Source of the DNA: Haliotis cracherodii
Lineage: Eukaryota
Direction: 5' to 3'
DNA length: 64,000 bases
Assembly (NCBI RefSeq): GCF_022045235.1
Contig: NW_027266286.1
Coordinates: 74,710,001 to 74,774,000, forward strand
The first letter of the stretch is position 1. Each line of letters opens with the position of its first letter. A model generated the notes under the pieces. It made no database searches. It saw only the letters and a list, made by a program, of their open reading frames with translations, and was not told the DNA's origin. The position numbers and the translations under genes were made by a program. Positions 49,468-62,984 of this stretch are shown piece after piece.

Positions 49468-50125
49468 CAAGACTGTATGGAGCGTTATTCATTGACAAAA
49501 CACACATAGGGAACCGTATTACAAGTCTGTATGGAGTGTTATTCATTGACAAAACACACATAGGGAACCGTATTACAAGTCTGTATGGAGCGTTATACAT
49601 TGACAAAACACACATAGGGAACCGTATAACAAGTCTGTATGGAGTGTTATACATTGACAAAACACACATAGGGAACCGTATTACAAGTTTGTATGGAGTG
49701 TTATACATTGACAAAACACACATAGGGAACCGTATTACAAGTCTGTATGGAGTGTTATACATTGACAAAACACACATAGGGAACCGTATTACAAGTCTGT
49801 ATGGAGCGTTATTCATTGACAAAACACACATAGGGAACCGTATTACAAGTCTGTATGGAGCGTTATTCATTGACAAAACACACATAGGGAACCGTATTAC
49901 AAGTCTGTATGGAGCGTTATACATTGACAAAACACACATAGGGAACCGTATTACAAGTCTGTATGGAGCGTTATACATTGACAAAACACACATAGGGAAC
50001 CGTATTACAAGTCTGTATGGAGTGTTATACATTGACAAAACACACATAGGGAACCGTATTACAAGTCTGTATGGAGTGTTATACATTGACAAAACACACA
50101 TAGGGAACCGTATTACAAGTCTGTA
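49468..50125. repeat. 54-bp minisatellite (~12 copies)
   Basis: Unit CAAGTCTGTATGGAG(C/T)GTTAT(A/T)CATTGACAAAACACACATAGGGAACCGTATTA. Confidence 0.97.
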
Positions 50126-50149
50126 GAGATGATTTCCATAGTCCACATT

Positions 50150-52760
50150 GTGTGAACAATTTCATAAACGAATTTTTACACACAATGGAACAGGAGCAGT
50201 TATCTGAAGTACTACATCCTGATATTATATAAGGTTTTGTATTGCTCTTTGCAGATGATTTGATTTTAATTTCAGACACTATTAGGGGATTACAGAAGGA
50301 ACTATCTGTCTCATAAGTATTGTGTGGACTGGAGTATGTTGGTTAATATTGAAAAAACTGAAATTGTACTGGGTGGCTGAATGATAAAGTACTGTCGGAG
50401 ATGCTAGAAAACTGCTTTTTGCCTGTTGAAAAGGGATATAATTTTTCAGTCTGTTGTTATTGAAATATCGAGTAACTACCGATCGCCCTACCTGTGGTTT
50501 GAAGTTTTTCCGTCACAAGGAGTCCTGTCGACAAGTTTACAGGAGACAAATTCGAACGAAAACAGGAAGATCACATTTATTTTAAGTCTGAAACGGATTA
50601 TAGAAATATGCGCACATGACTCCGTTATAATGATAATAATGTAGTCTTCATAAAACATCTACTCCACAAACAAAAATCATTTTGAGAAAATTGTAGATGT
50701 GCAACTTCTAAAATGACAAAATGACGCTGCGTTTTTTTGTGTTAACATTGCTCCCATGATGCATGTTACATTACACTTGCATAGCCATAACCATGGTACA
50801 CGATATGGAGTCTGTAATGGGAAATGTATACAAGTTCTTTACACTTTAGAGAGATAGGGGGAAACCATTTATTGATTTAGATAGGGTGAAATACCGAATT
50901 GCCCTAGCTATGGTATTTTCAATTCATACTATCAAGTCTACTGTATGATAAGAAAACAAAACAGGTATAGGGGTGGTCTCAAAAACAAAACTGGGGCTTA
51001 AAAGGATATTAGACAGCTTTGATACAGGGTGATTAGGCGTATAGTGTACAAGCTTTATGAGCAGAAGTGTAACCCTGACTTGTAGTAAAATTTGGGAGGG
51101 ATTAAAGATACAATTGATGTTTCCCGGACTGCACTATTGCTCTCCAAGAGATGGGATTTCGATACACGGCGCGTGGCGACGACCGAACACTTTTCAGGGG
51201 AAAATATTCCATCCTGTCTATGAGGTCACATTATCTCCGAACCATTCATAACTATCACAGTCAGGGCGTCCAGATAATTTACCTTGGTGAATCATTCCAC
51301 TGACGACATGCGGCTATTGGCAGATGGACAAAAAGCTCCCATGGTCCCCCCACCTACGAGAATGCACGGGACGGTGTGAGGTCATCAGCTCGGGACAGGT
51401 GTTAGGTAATGACCTCAGGTTATAGGTCATTTCATACATGCATGACAACACACGGATATTTTCTAAGTTGATCATCATTCTTCCTGTAAATGTACATTTT
51501 AAGGGTAATCACAGTGTCAGTTAGGACAGGCTAGATTAGGGCAATTCACGTTATTTTGACATATGATCTTTTTATAGTCCCATGAATCGTATTTATTAAA
51601 TGAAGCCAGAAAAGCAGTTTTCTAGCATTTCCGACAGTACTTTAGTAAAAAATGATATTTGAATGGACAACTTGTGGAACTCACACAAGGGTATACATAT
51701 TTAGGTTTGTTTTAGGCAGCAGGCTGTCATGGACACACAAGCTTTAACTAACAAGGCAGTTCAAGCTACAATTGTATTAATTAACCTATTAAAAAGCATT
51801 AATTGTTTACAGTCTTATTCCCCAAACTTTCTTGTCAGATTATTTGACTCTAAGATATCACCTATGCTATTGTATGGGTCAGAAATATGGACATTTCATA
51901 AAATAGAAGAAGTTGAGAAAGTTCATTTATATGCGTGTAAATGGTTATTGAATGTTAAACAGCGTACATCAAGCAGCGCTGTATTGGGTGAATGTGGCAG
52001 ATTCCCTTTACATATCAATGCAAAGATGAGAGTTTTTAAATGTTGGCTACGTTTAATGTGTATGCCGGGTACCCGTTTACCCAAAAAGAGTTATGATATG
52101 TTGTATTTATACAATAGTCAAGGAAAGAAGAACTGGGTTACTTGTATCAGAACAACGTTATTGTCTCTCGGATTCGGTCATGTTTGGTTATCACAATCAC
52201 CAGGTCATGCACAGGTATATACTTCGATGTTTTTGCAATGTTTGAAAGACAATTTCTAACAACTATGACACAGAAGTTTATGTAAAAGTTCTAAAATATC
52301 CTTCTATTCTCATTTTAAATTAACGTTGAAGTGTGAAGAATATTTGTATTGTGTAACCGTGAGTAAATTCCGGTCATGTATGTCAAGGTTTAGATGCAGA
52401 GCACACTGGCTGGAAATAGAAACTGGTAGAAAACTTAACATCCTTCGTGAAGAAAGATTTTGCAAACTATGTCATGTTGGCCTAATAGAAGACGAGTTTC
52501 ATTTCCTGCTAGTGTGCCCTTCATACACTCACCTACGCCATCTCTATATTCCTTCAAAATATTATCTACACCCAAATGTCCATAAGTTTAATATTCTTTT
52601 ATCTACAACTAACACAAAGCTGATTATTAATATCGCTAAATATCAGTATCATAGTAAAGAAGAAAGAACACGTATTTTATCATTGTGAATGTTGCCATAC
52701 ATATGCCATACAGTTTGTACAAAGGGACTGTGGCCTGTATGGTACTGAATAAATAATACT
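50150..52760 (+). pseudogene. Degenerate LINE 3' half (same group as 10190-13711), interrupted by a DNA transposon
   Basis: FINEF..LHPDI..LLFADD (50160-50300), LLYGSEIW, GECGRFPL, FRCRAHWLEIETGR, FCKLC..EDEFHFLLVC, and the 3' motif CTGTGGCC..TGAATAAA. Confidence 0.88.
50386..51643. mobile_element. ~1.25-kb non-autonomous DNA transposon with ~35-bp TIRs (possibly Kolobok-like)
   Basis: AAAGTACTGTCGGAGATGCTAGAAAACTGCTTTT / AAAAGCAGTTTTCTAGCATTTCCGACAGTACTTT. LINE coding sequence resumes after it. Confidence 0.85.
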
Positions 52761-53989
52761 CGAACTCCCTACTTTATGCCCAACGTCAAGGTAAGAATGG
52801 GGCCATAATTCGTAATCAAAGCAGGGGTAGTATGTGATATTCCTTTGTGCATCGTATGTATCGGTCGACTGACAAACATGCGCGACAGACTGGCATAATG
52901 AAGCAAAATTAGAACATTGAACATTTACCAACGCTGCCCGAGAAAGCATATTTTTTCAAGCAATTTCAGAGACAATATATTGTTTTTGATAAAATACCTG
53001 GCCTTTATCCTCTGACATTATCAAATGGTCCGTGCTGGCGACAGATGCAGAGATCGATAGAGACAGGCGTGTGACCTTGAGGATAGGACGGGTGGAGACG
53101 GGTGGAGACGGGTGATATAGGCACGGTTCCACACAGTTAATATCAGTTAATTGCTATATGCGATCACCTTGGAGAGCGCATTGCCATTTTTTGGTCAACA
53201 GTTCATGCAATAACACATTCAAACATTTTTGATACGTTCAATATAGAAAACAGTTTGTTACAGTACTGTAAACACCACTGCAAGGACATAGAGTTACCTT
53301 GTTTTAGTAATCAATCCTTTTATCCACGGTCCATATTTGAAACTCTCGGCTTACTGTCCTCTTGTACTCGTTTGAACAGGTAGACGGGGATGTCACGTGA
53401 GGGGGTGTTAGGGGCAATGGCCGCCTTCGTTACAACACATCCACTATGAAATAACCTTCGCTTTATTTAACCTGTTTGACGATCTGCGCGACCCGCCCGC
53501 CTCACTGAATAGTGCCCACACTGGGAATTGATTCAACCATGGTACTAGAGGCTCTAAGCTCCCTTCTGTGCAATTCGACAAAGGGTCACACAGAGAAGCG
53601 CCACATTGGGAATAACCACTTTTGCCGAATGATACAAAAGAGTTTTAGAGTCTCTATCATCAGGGATTAAGCAGTTCCCTGTGTGGACACTGTGTTCAGT
53701 CAGGCGTAGGCAGGTCGGTGGCCATACTGGTTACCTGGGTATTGTGCTTATTTATATTTCTTATGTTTTAGTCCTATCCTTTTTTCTCATTATCCGAAGT
53801 GAAAAGATAAGGTGATATTGGGTCACCCTGTCTACAGACCTTTTCATTATAAAAAATAGATGACAAATGACCATTTGATATTACACAAGACGTAGTATTA
53901 TTAGTAAATATGTGAATACATCTGAGGGCCAAAACCATATTTTTCAAATTATTTCATCATTACTTTTGGGACACACTTTTTCAAAACAG

Positions 53990-55200
53990 ATAATAACTGG
54001 TTTCTCGTTTTTTTGCTTCAAACAGTCTGATGTTATCACTGGTAACTGGTGATTTTGTGACCTTCCTGGAATGAAACCTGTCTGGTTTCCATGAATTAAT
54101 AGTATTTAGAGTTAGATGCATAGTGTTGGCTGTACACGTACTTGGTATTTTATAAAGTAGCTTAAGTCGAGATATTGACCGCCAATTCTTCAAAGTGTGT
54201 CTGTCCTTGTTTGATATGGGATACGTGTGATAACACTCCTACTTATCATTGTGGTTAATTTATTGTTATTAATTTTGTGTGTGAAAAATCTGTAACACAA
54301 ATGTCTAAATCTTTTCTAAAGAAGTTGTAAGAGATTGACACGGAAGCCATGATTACCCGGGCTATTTGTATTTTTTTATGTTTTTACTCCTTTTGATATT
54401 TCTTGAAATTCTGTTGTTTTTTTCCTTGTTCACAAGAAAATCTATTCACTTGTTCACAACAAACGTAACTTCACAATTAACACATCGTTTTTATGGGCTT
54501 CAACACTATCAGTAAAAGCACTGCTGTGCGGCGCCTGGCGATAAGTGCCTACTGTTTAATGCAAATTGTGAGAATGGCGGGTGCTTTATACCTGTGGGGC
54601 AGGACATGTTTATCCTTTTCGAGAACACCTATTTCACAGCTATTTTGCTCCTTACGCCAAATATTCATCTGTTTCGGCGGATAATCTTAACTGGTTATTC
54701 TCTTGCATATCTCCTTGAATTATTACCTCTCCATTGTCAATAATTAGCATATTTATGAGTTAACTTGTGTAATTTCTGTTTTCAAAGTTTTTTAACTAGA
54801 TGTTGTTCATCCTCTACATACCACTGGATTTTATTTTAAATTTGTATTTTTCTAGATTCTTCCACACTTATTGATTTCTAAATCTGCTTTGTATTTTGAT
54901 AATACAGCAAAAGATTCTTCATCAATACGTTGAATACTTGTTTTCTAGTACATATACTGTATAACTGTTTTGTATTTTCTCTTCTTTCCTCTATGTGATT
55001 TCCATTGGTGAATCCTATCGTATTTCGGATGTTTAGTTGTTGTTTTCATTATCATATTCTTTGTTTCTTCTGATATTTTAGGTACAAGGTTCACATAACC
55101 TTCGTTTCGGAGCAGTGAAGTATTCAGTTTCCAGTAACCTTTGCCCATAGTTTGGCTGTTGGCATTAGACAATGTTAACATGGCAACAGGCTGACCTGAT
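53990..55200 (-). pseudogene. Highly degenerate L1/Tx1-like LINE remnant
   Basis: GKGYWKLNTSLL, a SPGNHG motif and KNWRSISRL..LYKI in the expected order. Confidence 0.6.
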
Positions 55201-56799
55201 TCACAACCCGGTAGAATGAATGATTCATAAGTTAAATTACATGTGTAGGACTCTGATCCGTGGCGGATTCTCAAATGTATGGCAGATTCCACATATTCGG
55301 CGCATACTCTGTGCCAGATATCATATATTCTTAATTAATGTCGATAGTTCCGTCGAAGTGTTATGTTCACCGCAGTGACGTACCAATATCACTTTTCTCA
55401 ACTTCTGAAAACTCGGTCTTTCACACTGAAGTATATAATAAAGTATTATAAAGATTTCATAAATAGCGGCAGACTTCCGATGATCAATGTTGTATTTTCT
55501 CTGGATTATTCTTATCATTTCCCCTTTGGAATAGCGTCGTCGGTGCAGGGATTGCATATCGGTACTTTTCTTAAAAACGTTCCCCGAAGTTTCATCATAG
55601 AAATAGGAATGGGCTGCAGACTGAGTGACATTAACCTGCCTAGATAAAATAATAATCATCATCAGTTCTGCCCCGATGTGGAGTAGTTTGCAACTGAAAT
55701 GTACACCTTATACAGACAAAACTGAAAATTTGAATTAAACCTGAAAATAATCTCAATCGAGATCTTGGTATTTAGTGATAGAGTGTTATGATATTGCTTT
55801 TGCAAATTATCGTTCCAGGGAGGGTCATGGAAATAGTGTACATAAAGAAACAATGTCCGCTATATCATGATCCTATTTTTAAGTATGACAAGCATAAGGG
55901 AAGGGTAATTATTTCAGTGCCGTAGTCAGCCCGGTGGGGGGCATGGGGGCAGTACATTTGTACGTGAAAAAGCTCTTCCCCGGTGTACAAAATGACCGGC
56001 CCAACACGTGGCCTAAGTAAGAGATTTTACGTCCGCCCCAGATGACTGGCATTGCTGTGTTGTGTCTGAGTGGGATCCATGTTGACCTCCCGGCATGGTA
56101 TCTCAATAGGCTGGCACCATTAAACCGGCATTAGTCCGGATTAGCACACACATACGCGTGCGCACACACATATACATACACACACACACGGCGTTATGTA
56201 ATCTTTAACGCGACGCTAAACATTATTTCACCTCACCGAATGTTATGTAGATGTAATCTAAGAGGAAGCGCAGCATTTCACCTATGGTGTTTATATCAGT
56301 ATTCTTCAGGTGACATTTGCTTCCATTTTTGACAACGTGCCCTGACCCTCTGAACATAGGTATATAGCTACTAGTAGATTACCCATTACAGATTCTCGAT
56401 CTGCAGCAACCCATGCTTGCCGTAAGAGGCGACTAACGGGATAGGGTGGTCAGGCTCGCTGTCTCATGCATGTCATCGGTCCCAATTGCGTGGATCGATG
56501 CTAATGATGTCAATCACTGGATTGTCTGGTCTAGGCCATCTTCCCGAGGCAAGAGAGTTAACTGACTTTAAAAGTCCAGCTTCCACCCTTGCCGAACGAG
56601 GCTGGGATTCCTGGGCTCGATCGCAGCGCCGCCAGTGGTTATTACGAGTTATGTCCCTTCCAAGCCTCTCCTATGGACCAATCAGATTCCACCTCTTGTA
56701 TCACTTGCTTTTGTTTCAAACAAAATGTTGGTGCCGAGTCAGGACGATCTGCTCGATAATCAAGATCTAAATTGTAATAAAACGGGTCTTACATGTCAT

Positions 56800-57281
56800 A
56801 GTTCTTGCTGCCGCTAAACAAAGATCTGAGGACATCCCATTACGGGTCACGTCTGACCGACCTTTCGCGAACTCTGACCGACCAATGGAATTACTGGCAA
56901 GAAGTCGACATTCGCCAATCAGAAGGCAGCTTTCTCGTGCTTTACGGCACTAATTTCAAATTGGCGACTACGCTTCGAAACATTTTGTCAAATTCTCGCT
57001 TAAAAATTTGAAACCTGAACAAAAGAACATTCTCGAATGGCTAATATGATCTAGATTGTATAGATTCAGTCGTTAAGCCCGTAGCTATCGTTCGGAATAC
57101 CCCGTTTTAAAGTTTTCGAGACTGCATGATGAGATATCACATTCCGACTGTCACTTTCATTATCTGATAAGCGACGCTCTGATTGGTCGGATGAAAGGTC
57201 GTTCTGACGTGACCCCAATGGGATGTCCTCAGATCTTTGTTTAGCGGTAGCGAGACCTAAGATCTGATTTTAATGAGATTG
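56800..57281. mobile_element. Further copy of the MITE family seen at 4458-5564
   Basis: CTAAACAAAGATCTGAGGACATCCCATTACGGGTCACGTC ... GATCTGATTTTAATGAGATTG. Confidence 0.85.
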
Positions 57282-57329
57282 GTCTTATCAATATTATCAA
57301 AATATATATGGCTTTTAGTATTCTCAAAT

Positions 57330-59290
57330 ATGTTGGGCTTAGGTTCACAGCCCGTCTTATTTTTCACTGTATTTGTAGTGCCGTTTAGACTTTACGAACA
57401 TTTTGATTTATCTAGAGAAAACCTCATTGAGCAATGTACATCAAAACAATGAACTGTAACTTTTAATTTCAAAATCTTTTAATAAAGGAAGACACATTGT
57501 CGACGAGATTACATAATCGACCACGCTCTTGTCCAGACAACCATTTTATCTTGACTCACACGCTCATTTCTGATTCTTGCATAGTTCTATCAATTTTGAA
57601 CCCGAGTTATAAACTCGTGATGCATCTTTTGACGACCTTACCCTTGGAAGAGAAAGATCATCGAGTACTGCTTGAGGTTCGAGTTCAGATCTCAAATCAT
57701 TTATGTCTATATCCAACTCATCAAGTATGTGTTTTTCTATGGTACAATAGTCACACAGGTTACAAGTTTTAGCGTTGAAATCGTCGATCAGTACAACATA
57801 ATCACTCAAGGATAGAGTATGTAATATGGATTGTTCAAGTTTATAGTATTCAACTTCATTAAAGTATTTAGAGTTTTCGGGTGGAATATATACTACTCCT
57901 AAATACAGGTCTTGCTCGGTTTCAAATAGCTCCTTAGAGATTTTAAGACAGAGAATATACTCACACATTTCCTCAATGGGGTGGGCATATTTAGCATATT
58001 TTTCATTTATTGCCAAACCGATACCTCCTGATTTTCTTAAAGCACTGCTTCTATGTTGGAGGTAGACATGGTAACCCTCAATATGGATATAAATAACCAA
58101 TATATCAGTTTTGGTTTCCTGGAAGCCTAGTATATCATTGTTATCAATTAGATCCATGAACTCGGGGTATTCTAATCGCCTCCTTATTAAACACACATTC
58201 AAATTTAAAAAGTGTAAAGAGGTAGGGCGATTGTCAGAAGCTTGGATATTGTCCTTAGTAATGCTTAGTGGTGGTATACATGTATTTACAGTATAATGGT
58301 GTATGTTGGGCAGTTAAAGAGACCCATCGTTGGAAGTGTTAAAACTAGAGTCATCAATATTGCAAACACTATTCATATTTATGGCATAATCTTCCGTTGT
58401 TCTCAGTCCCAGTTGAAGATTGCGACTGAGTGTAGCGCAACCAACATCACTGGTCTCGATCGCATCGACAGCATCATGTTTGCGGTATGGTGATAGTGTG
58501 GGGTTTCATCACCAACCCACTTCATACAAACAGAGTCATCAGCTGACACAGTGGAGTCAGGCAGTGTCTTAGTGATCCCAATTGGGGTATGACATAAAAC
58601 ATAATGAAAAGTTTCCTCCCTGTGCACTATGTACACAGGGTCACACACCATGTGGTCTACACTTGACAGCGGACTATCGCAGTTACCAACAGTATTTGAT
58701 ACTCTACAGCATACAGAATGAAATTGCCTCACCGGATTATCCTGCAGTGACTGTTATGGCTGTCAGAGGCAGTCACACTGGCTGGATGTGGTCGGGCATA
58801 GTTGGTGACAGGCTGGTGACAGGCTGGTGACATGGTGTGATCGCGTTCTAGCCATCTGCGTATTCCTACGCGCGGCTCGGCTTGGGTTTTGCAGATGAGC
58901 TCTGCTGGGGGTCCGGTATACGGGGGTGGTATAGCAGGTTTCTCAGGTACATCATCAATAAAGAGTCTATCTACAGATATGTGCGCTTTCTTGCCAGAAC
59001 GCCTTGCTTCCCTCAGTAGTGGCATTTATACTTCCCTTCTGTATTTACCAAGAGGAACCCCTAAGCCCCTAATGTTTGAATAAGTGCCACAAACAAGATA
59101 GTGTGGTACCCGCTCATTTGAAAAACAACATAATCGTGATTGAATTCATTTTGAATTCTGGAGATCTACAAGGTTCTTGTGTACCAAGTGGTGCATCCTC
59201 AAAACCAAAACATGAACATTTAACTGAAAAGTTACTTGATCAACTTTATTTCACGCCAAAATGCATTCAACAGATAATATAAGTTTACAG
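57330..59290 (-). pseudogene. 5' part of a LINE: ORF1 remnant (~58730-59280) and APE endonuclease (57564-58202)
   Basis: LNVC..ILGFQETK, SGGIG, VYIPPENS, DDFNAKT. ORF1 C-terminal signature AR.SGKKAHISVDRLFIDD. Confidence 0.8.
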
Positions 59291-59553
59291 ATGAACCTTT
59301 CATAGGGTAATGAGTTCCACTTGCACTTGTAGACATCCAGAGTAAGTTAAACACTTCCGGGTCTGTTCAATCTGGAAATGTATGCTGGCTAGTATACGTA
59401 TGAAAAATATTTAAAAAATAGATTGGAATAACTAACTTATTATCACATTGTATATCCGTTCCGTGAAAGATGAGAGGTGAAGCTGTAATATAGAAGTATA
59501 CACGGCCAGGGAATGGCAATCTTACAGGTGATAACACTCTAAACACCATAATC

Positions 59554-59730
59554 CACTGGGTGATTGGGTTTCACTGGGTGATCGGGTTTCACTGGGTGAT
59601 TGGGTTTCACTGGGTGATCGGGTTTCACTGGGTGATTGGGTTTCACTGGGTGATCGGGTTTCACTGGGTGATCGGGTTTCACTGGGTGATTGGGTTTCAC
59701 TGAGTGATCGGGTTTCACTGAGTGATCGGG
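59554..59730. repeat. 18-bp tandem repeat (~10 copies)
   Basis: Unit CACTGGGTGAT(C/T)GGGTTT. Confidence 0.95.
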
Positions 59731-60037
59731 GGATGTGTTTTCAACACAACTATCAAACCAAAAGTACTTCTAAGACTATGTATTTTTATTCACTGGCGTG
59801 TTAGCTGTGGGAATTAAGGAAAGAGAACTAATCTTTCTCTTCTAACATCAAGTGCTACGAGAATGTTCAATGTAAATACTCATTTGAGGGCACATAAGCG
59901 GATCCAGGCTGGTTGTAGTATTGTCATAGTGCAAACACTTGCTTAATAATTCATATCAAAATATAAAAATAATATTCAAAATTTATAAAATACTCAAACG
60001 TATCATTGCAGGCAAACCTCAGACATATCAATAAACG

Positions 60038-60277
60038 GGTGAGGTGAGGGGAAATGGGGTTTAACGTCGCGTCCAAGATTATTGCACTTATATAGCGACG
60101 TGCATGCACTTGTGTGACTGACTGCTTGTACTAGTCCGGACAGTCAGACACAGTATACTGAATCCGAGCCGACCAGACCTGGCAGGGTAACAACAAGTAC
60201 CATTTTGTAACATCTTTTGGTGTGACGCGGCCCGCCCTCCGGGCGAACGCTCTACCAAGAGACCGCGGATGAGGTCT
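60038..60277 (-). mobile_element. SINE family B copy (deleted, diverged)
   Basis: Reverse complement matches 45681-46012. Confidence 0.8.
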
Positions 60278-61319
60278 CAATAAATGGGAGTACCTTACTT
60301 TGGTTGTGAAAACATGCCGCGAGACATAACTTAGACAATAGATGCCTAGTTGTATTACAGTCCCCGGCTGCGTGTCACTTCCAGATTGACACGCTGACTT
60401 AAGTGCTCACGGAAATGAAAAAAACCTGTTTTTTCGACCTCAGATCTTAAATAAATGCAGTTAATATACAAAATATGTAAATATTCAAACAACTAAATTA
60501 GTATTAATTGGGCCGTGGCACAAATACAGCGTATCAAATGTAATTATGCCTTTTTACACGTAAAAGTGTGTAAAAATGTGAATAAAACAGACTATTGTGA
60601 AACGGCATAACCAGGTGTAAGTAGATCAAGGTGACCTATGACACCTTGACGACAGGTGAGAACAGGTGCATAATGCCTATAGTCTGTTTCTGCTATGTCA
60701 ATTTGGACTTAGTTTTATTTTTGAATGTTGAAAGTGCCGACAAATTACCTCCTGTAAAGTACATTTTGTATTGTACACTGAGATCAAACTAGCAAATCCA
60801 GACTAGTACTTTTCGAGTTGTTTTGTCATTTCGTATTTACAGCTACGTAACACTTTGTGTCGATTTTTAAATTGAGAAAAACAGTTGTTTTTTTCATTTC
60901 CGTGAGTACTTTAACAACGGTATTCCCCTTGACAAGTCGGCGGTAAGTCTGAAATGCTGCCGGCTCAACTGAACGCCAGCCTTTGTGTTTTTATTATTAC
61001 CATAATCCACTGTAGGTAGACATAAGTTAGGTAACCTATGATAATATTGTATCAACCAGGAACAACACATGCAATAACAAAGGAACTGAACTAATGGTGA
61101 CAAGAAATTATAACAATGTCTTCAAAACTATATGCGGCCCTCCACTCTATAAGTAGGTGCAGTTTGACTGCTAAACTCCTATATAAGCAACCCCTAAACC
61201 GTCTCTTGGGTTGCACAAATCCCTTCCTTCATATTTGGCAAATACATTAAATGGCCTGTCGGGCCCGTGTGCAACATACGCTTGCATTCGGAAAGCGCAC
61301 GTAAAATCCCCAACCTCAG

Positions 61320-62083
61320 TCAGTCAATCAGACTGCTAAACAAACATATAGAATATATGGAAAACAGATGTCAAAAAGACCTGAACGTATTACGGGCAAT
61401 TTCAGGTACATATTGGGGCACATCGAGGGACACTCAGCTACAAATCACATATCAGATAAAAAATAGACTATGGTTGTGAGCCGCCTAGACAGAATACAAT
61501 ACAAGCCCTAATGCTAGACACAGGTGCAGCAACAGGCACTTCCCTAGAAACACTGCAAGTAGAAACGGGAGAGCGCTAATTGAAACTAACAGGAGAGCAG
61601 GCAATATTATCGTTCTTGGGACGAACATCAAACCCTTTGGTTAAAAAGATATGGCAAGACCAAAAAATAACACCCGAGATGAAGCCCTAGCTCGGAAGAA
61701 TCCCCCACAAAAGCCATCTGGGATATTAGTATGAGGACTCATCCAAAGTCACAATTGTGATGACAAAATGAAAAAGCAGACACATGAAGCTATCTCTAGA
61801 CAAAGCGGAGATACAGCCTATTCCTTTTGTAAACTAGAGATAAATAGCAAAATCTAAGTCTCCATAGCTCAAAGGTGACTAGCCCAGCGGAACGCAAAGA
61901 AGATCGTCAGATGGTTATACAAAACTCAACCCAAGATCCACCAAAAGCCATACTCAAACTCAAAGGAAAGGAAAGTTGAAATTGCCATCTCACGCCTCAG
62001 ATTTGTCCATCTTGCAATCAACCTGAATCCATTGCTCACTTGTTACTGGAATGTCAAGACCACGCCCAAGCCCGGCTCGGTTC

Positions 62084-62122
<39 letters not shown>

Positions 62123-62150
62123 CTTCCAGGTCACACTACATCTCAATAAA
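61320..62150 (+). pseudogene. Degenerate I/Nimb-like LINE remnant with a (CAA)n microsatellite at ~62085-62122
   Basis: KHIEYMENRCQKDLNVLRAISGTYWG, IDYGC and LQVETGE motifs. Confidence 0.55.
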
Positions 62151-62639
62151 TCTTGGAACGCTTGCAACTCTGATGTCATCATTTATCCTCAATCCATCTG
62201 TTCTATGTTAAGGAGAAATTACAACACTTCTCAGTATGCCAAACTGAGGCTCTGGTGTAAGACAGCTCCAATCACAGACGGAAAATTCGCCAAGCCAAAC
62301 CCAAAACTGCCGTCACAAATGCAGTTACACTTGGATATTTGTTAATTCTGAAGTTTCATCTTTGTACAGATAACGCAATATACAGCCATAATTGTTTTCA
62401 TTTGTATAATCTGCCAAACACCTGTCTTTGACTACAGCTTATCATTACGTGCGGAGTTATAGACACTTGTATTTGTAGCACTATTAATTTACAAAACGTA
62501 CGTGATTTAGGGCGTCGAAAGTAAATTCACATTGATTATGGCCCTTATCTGTCAAGACAATACACGTAAGTGGCGAATATGTTGTGAATTGCCTGAAATC
62601 ATGTCAAGCGACCTTTAACCCAACTCACTCAAACAACAC

Positions 62640-62984
62640 AGTGAGGTGAAAATGCTGTTCACCGTCGCGTCCAAGATTATTGCATGTACATAGCGATGTG
62701 CATGCACGTGTGTGTGGCTGCTTGTACTCGTCTGGACACATTCCGATTGTATAGTGCTAGCCCACTAAGATACCATGCCGCAGTTTAACATGAATTAATA
62801 CCCTACGCAGACACAGTATACGGACTCCGAGCCGACCAGTTGTTGTTTTAGCCCTTTAATTCCCAACACCAGGCAGGGTAACAACAAGTACCATCTTTTA
62901 ACTTTTTGACGCGGTCGGGTATCGAACCCCCCACCTTTCGCTCTCCGGGCGGACGTTCTTCCACTAGACCACGGAGGCGGTCTA
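62640..62984 (-). mobile_element. SINE family B copy (near full length)
   Basis: Reverse complement matches 45681-46012, including the A and B boxes. Confidence 0.88.

Noticed and set aside
49448-50146. 232-aa and 196-aa repeat ORFs
   Set aside because: They are translations of a 54-bp minisatellite that is open on both strands, with no splice or domain support.
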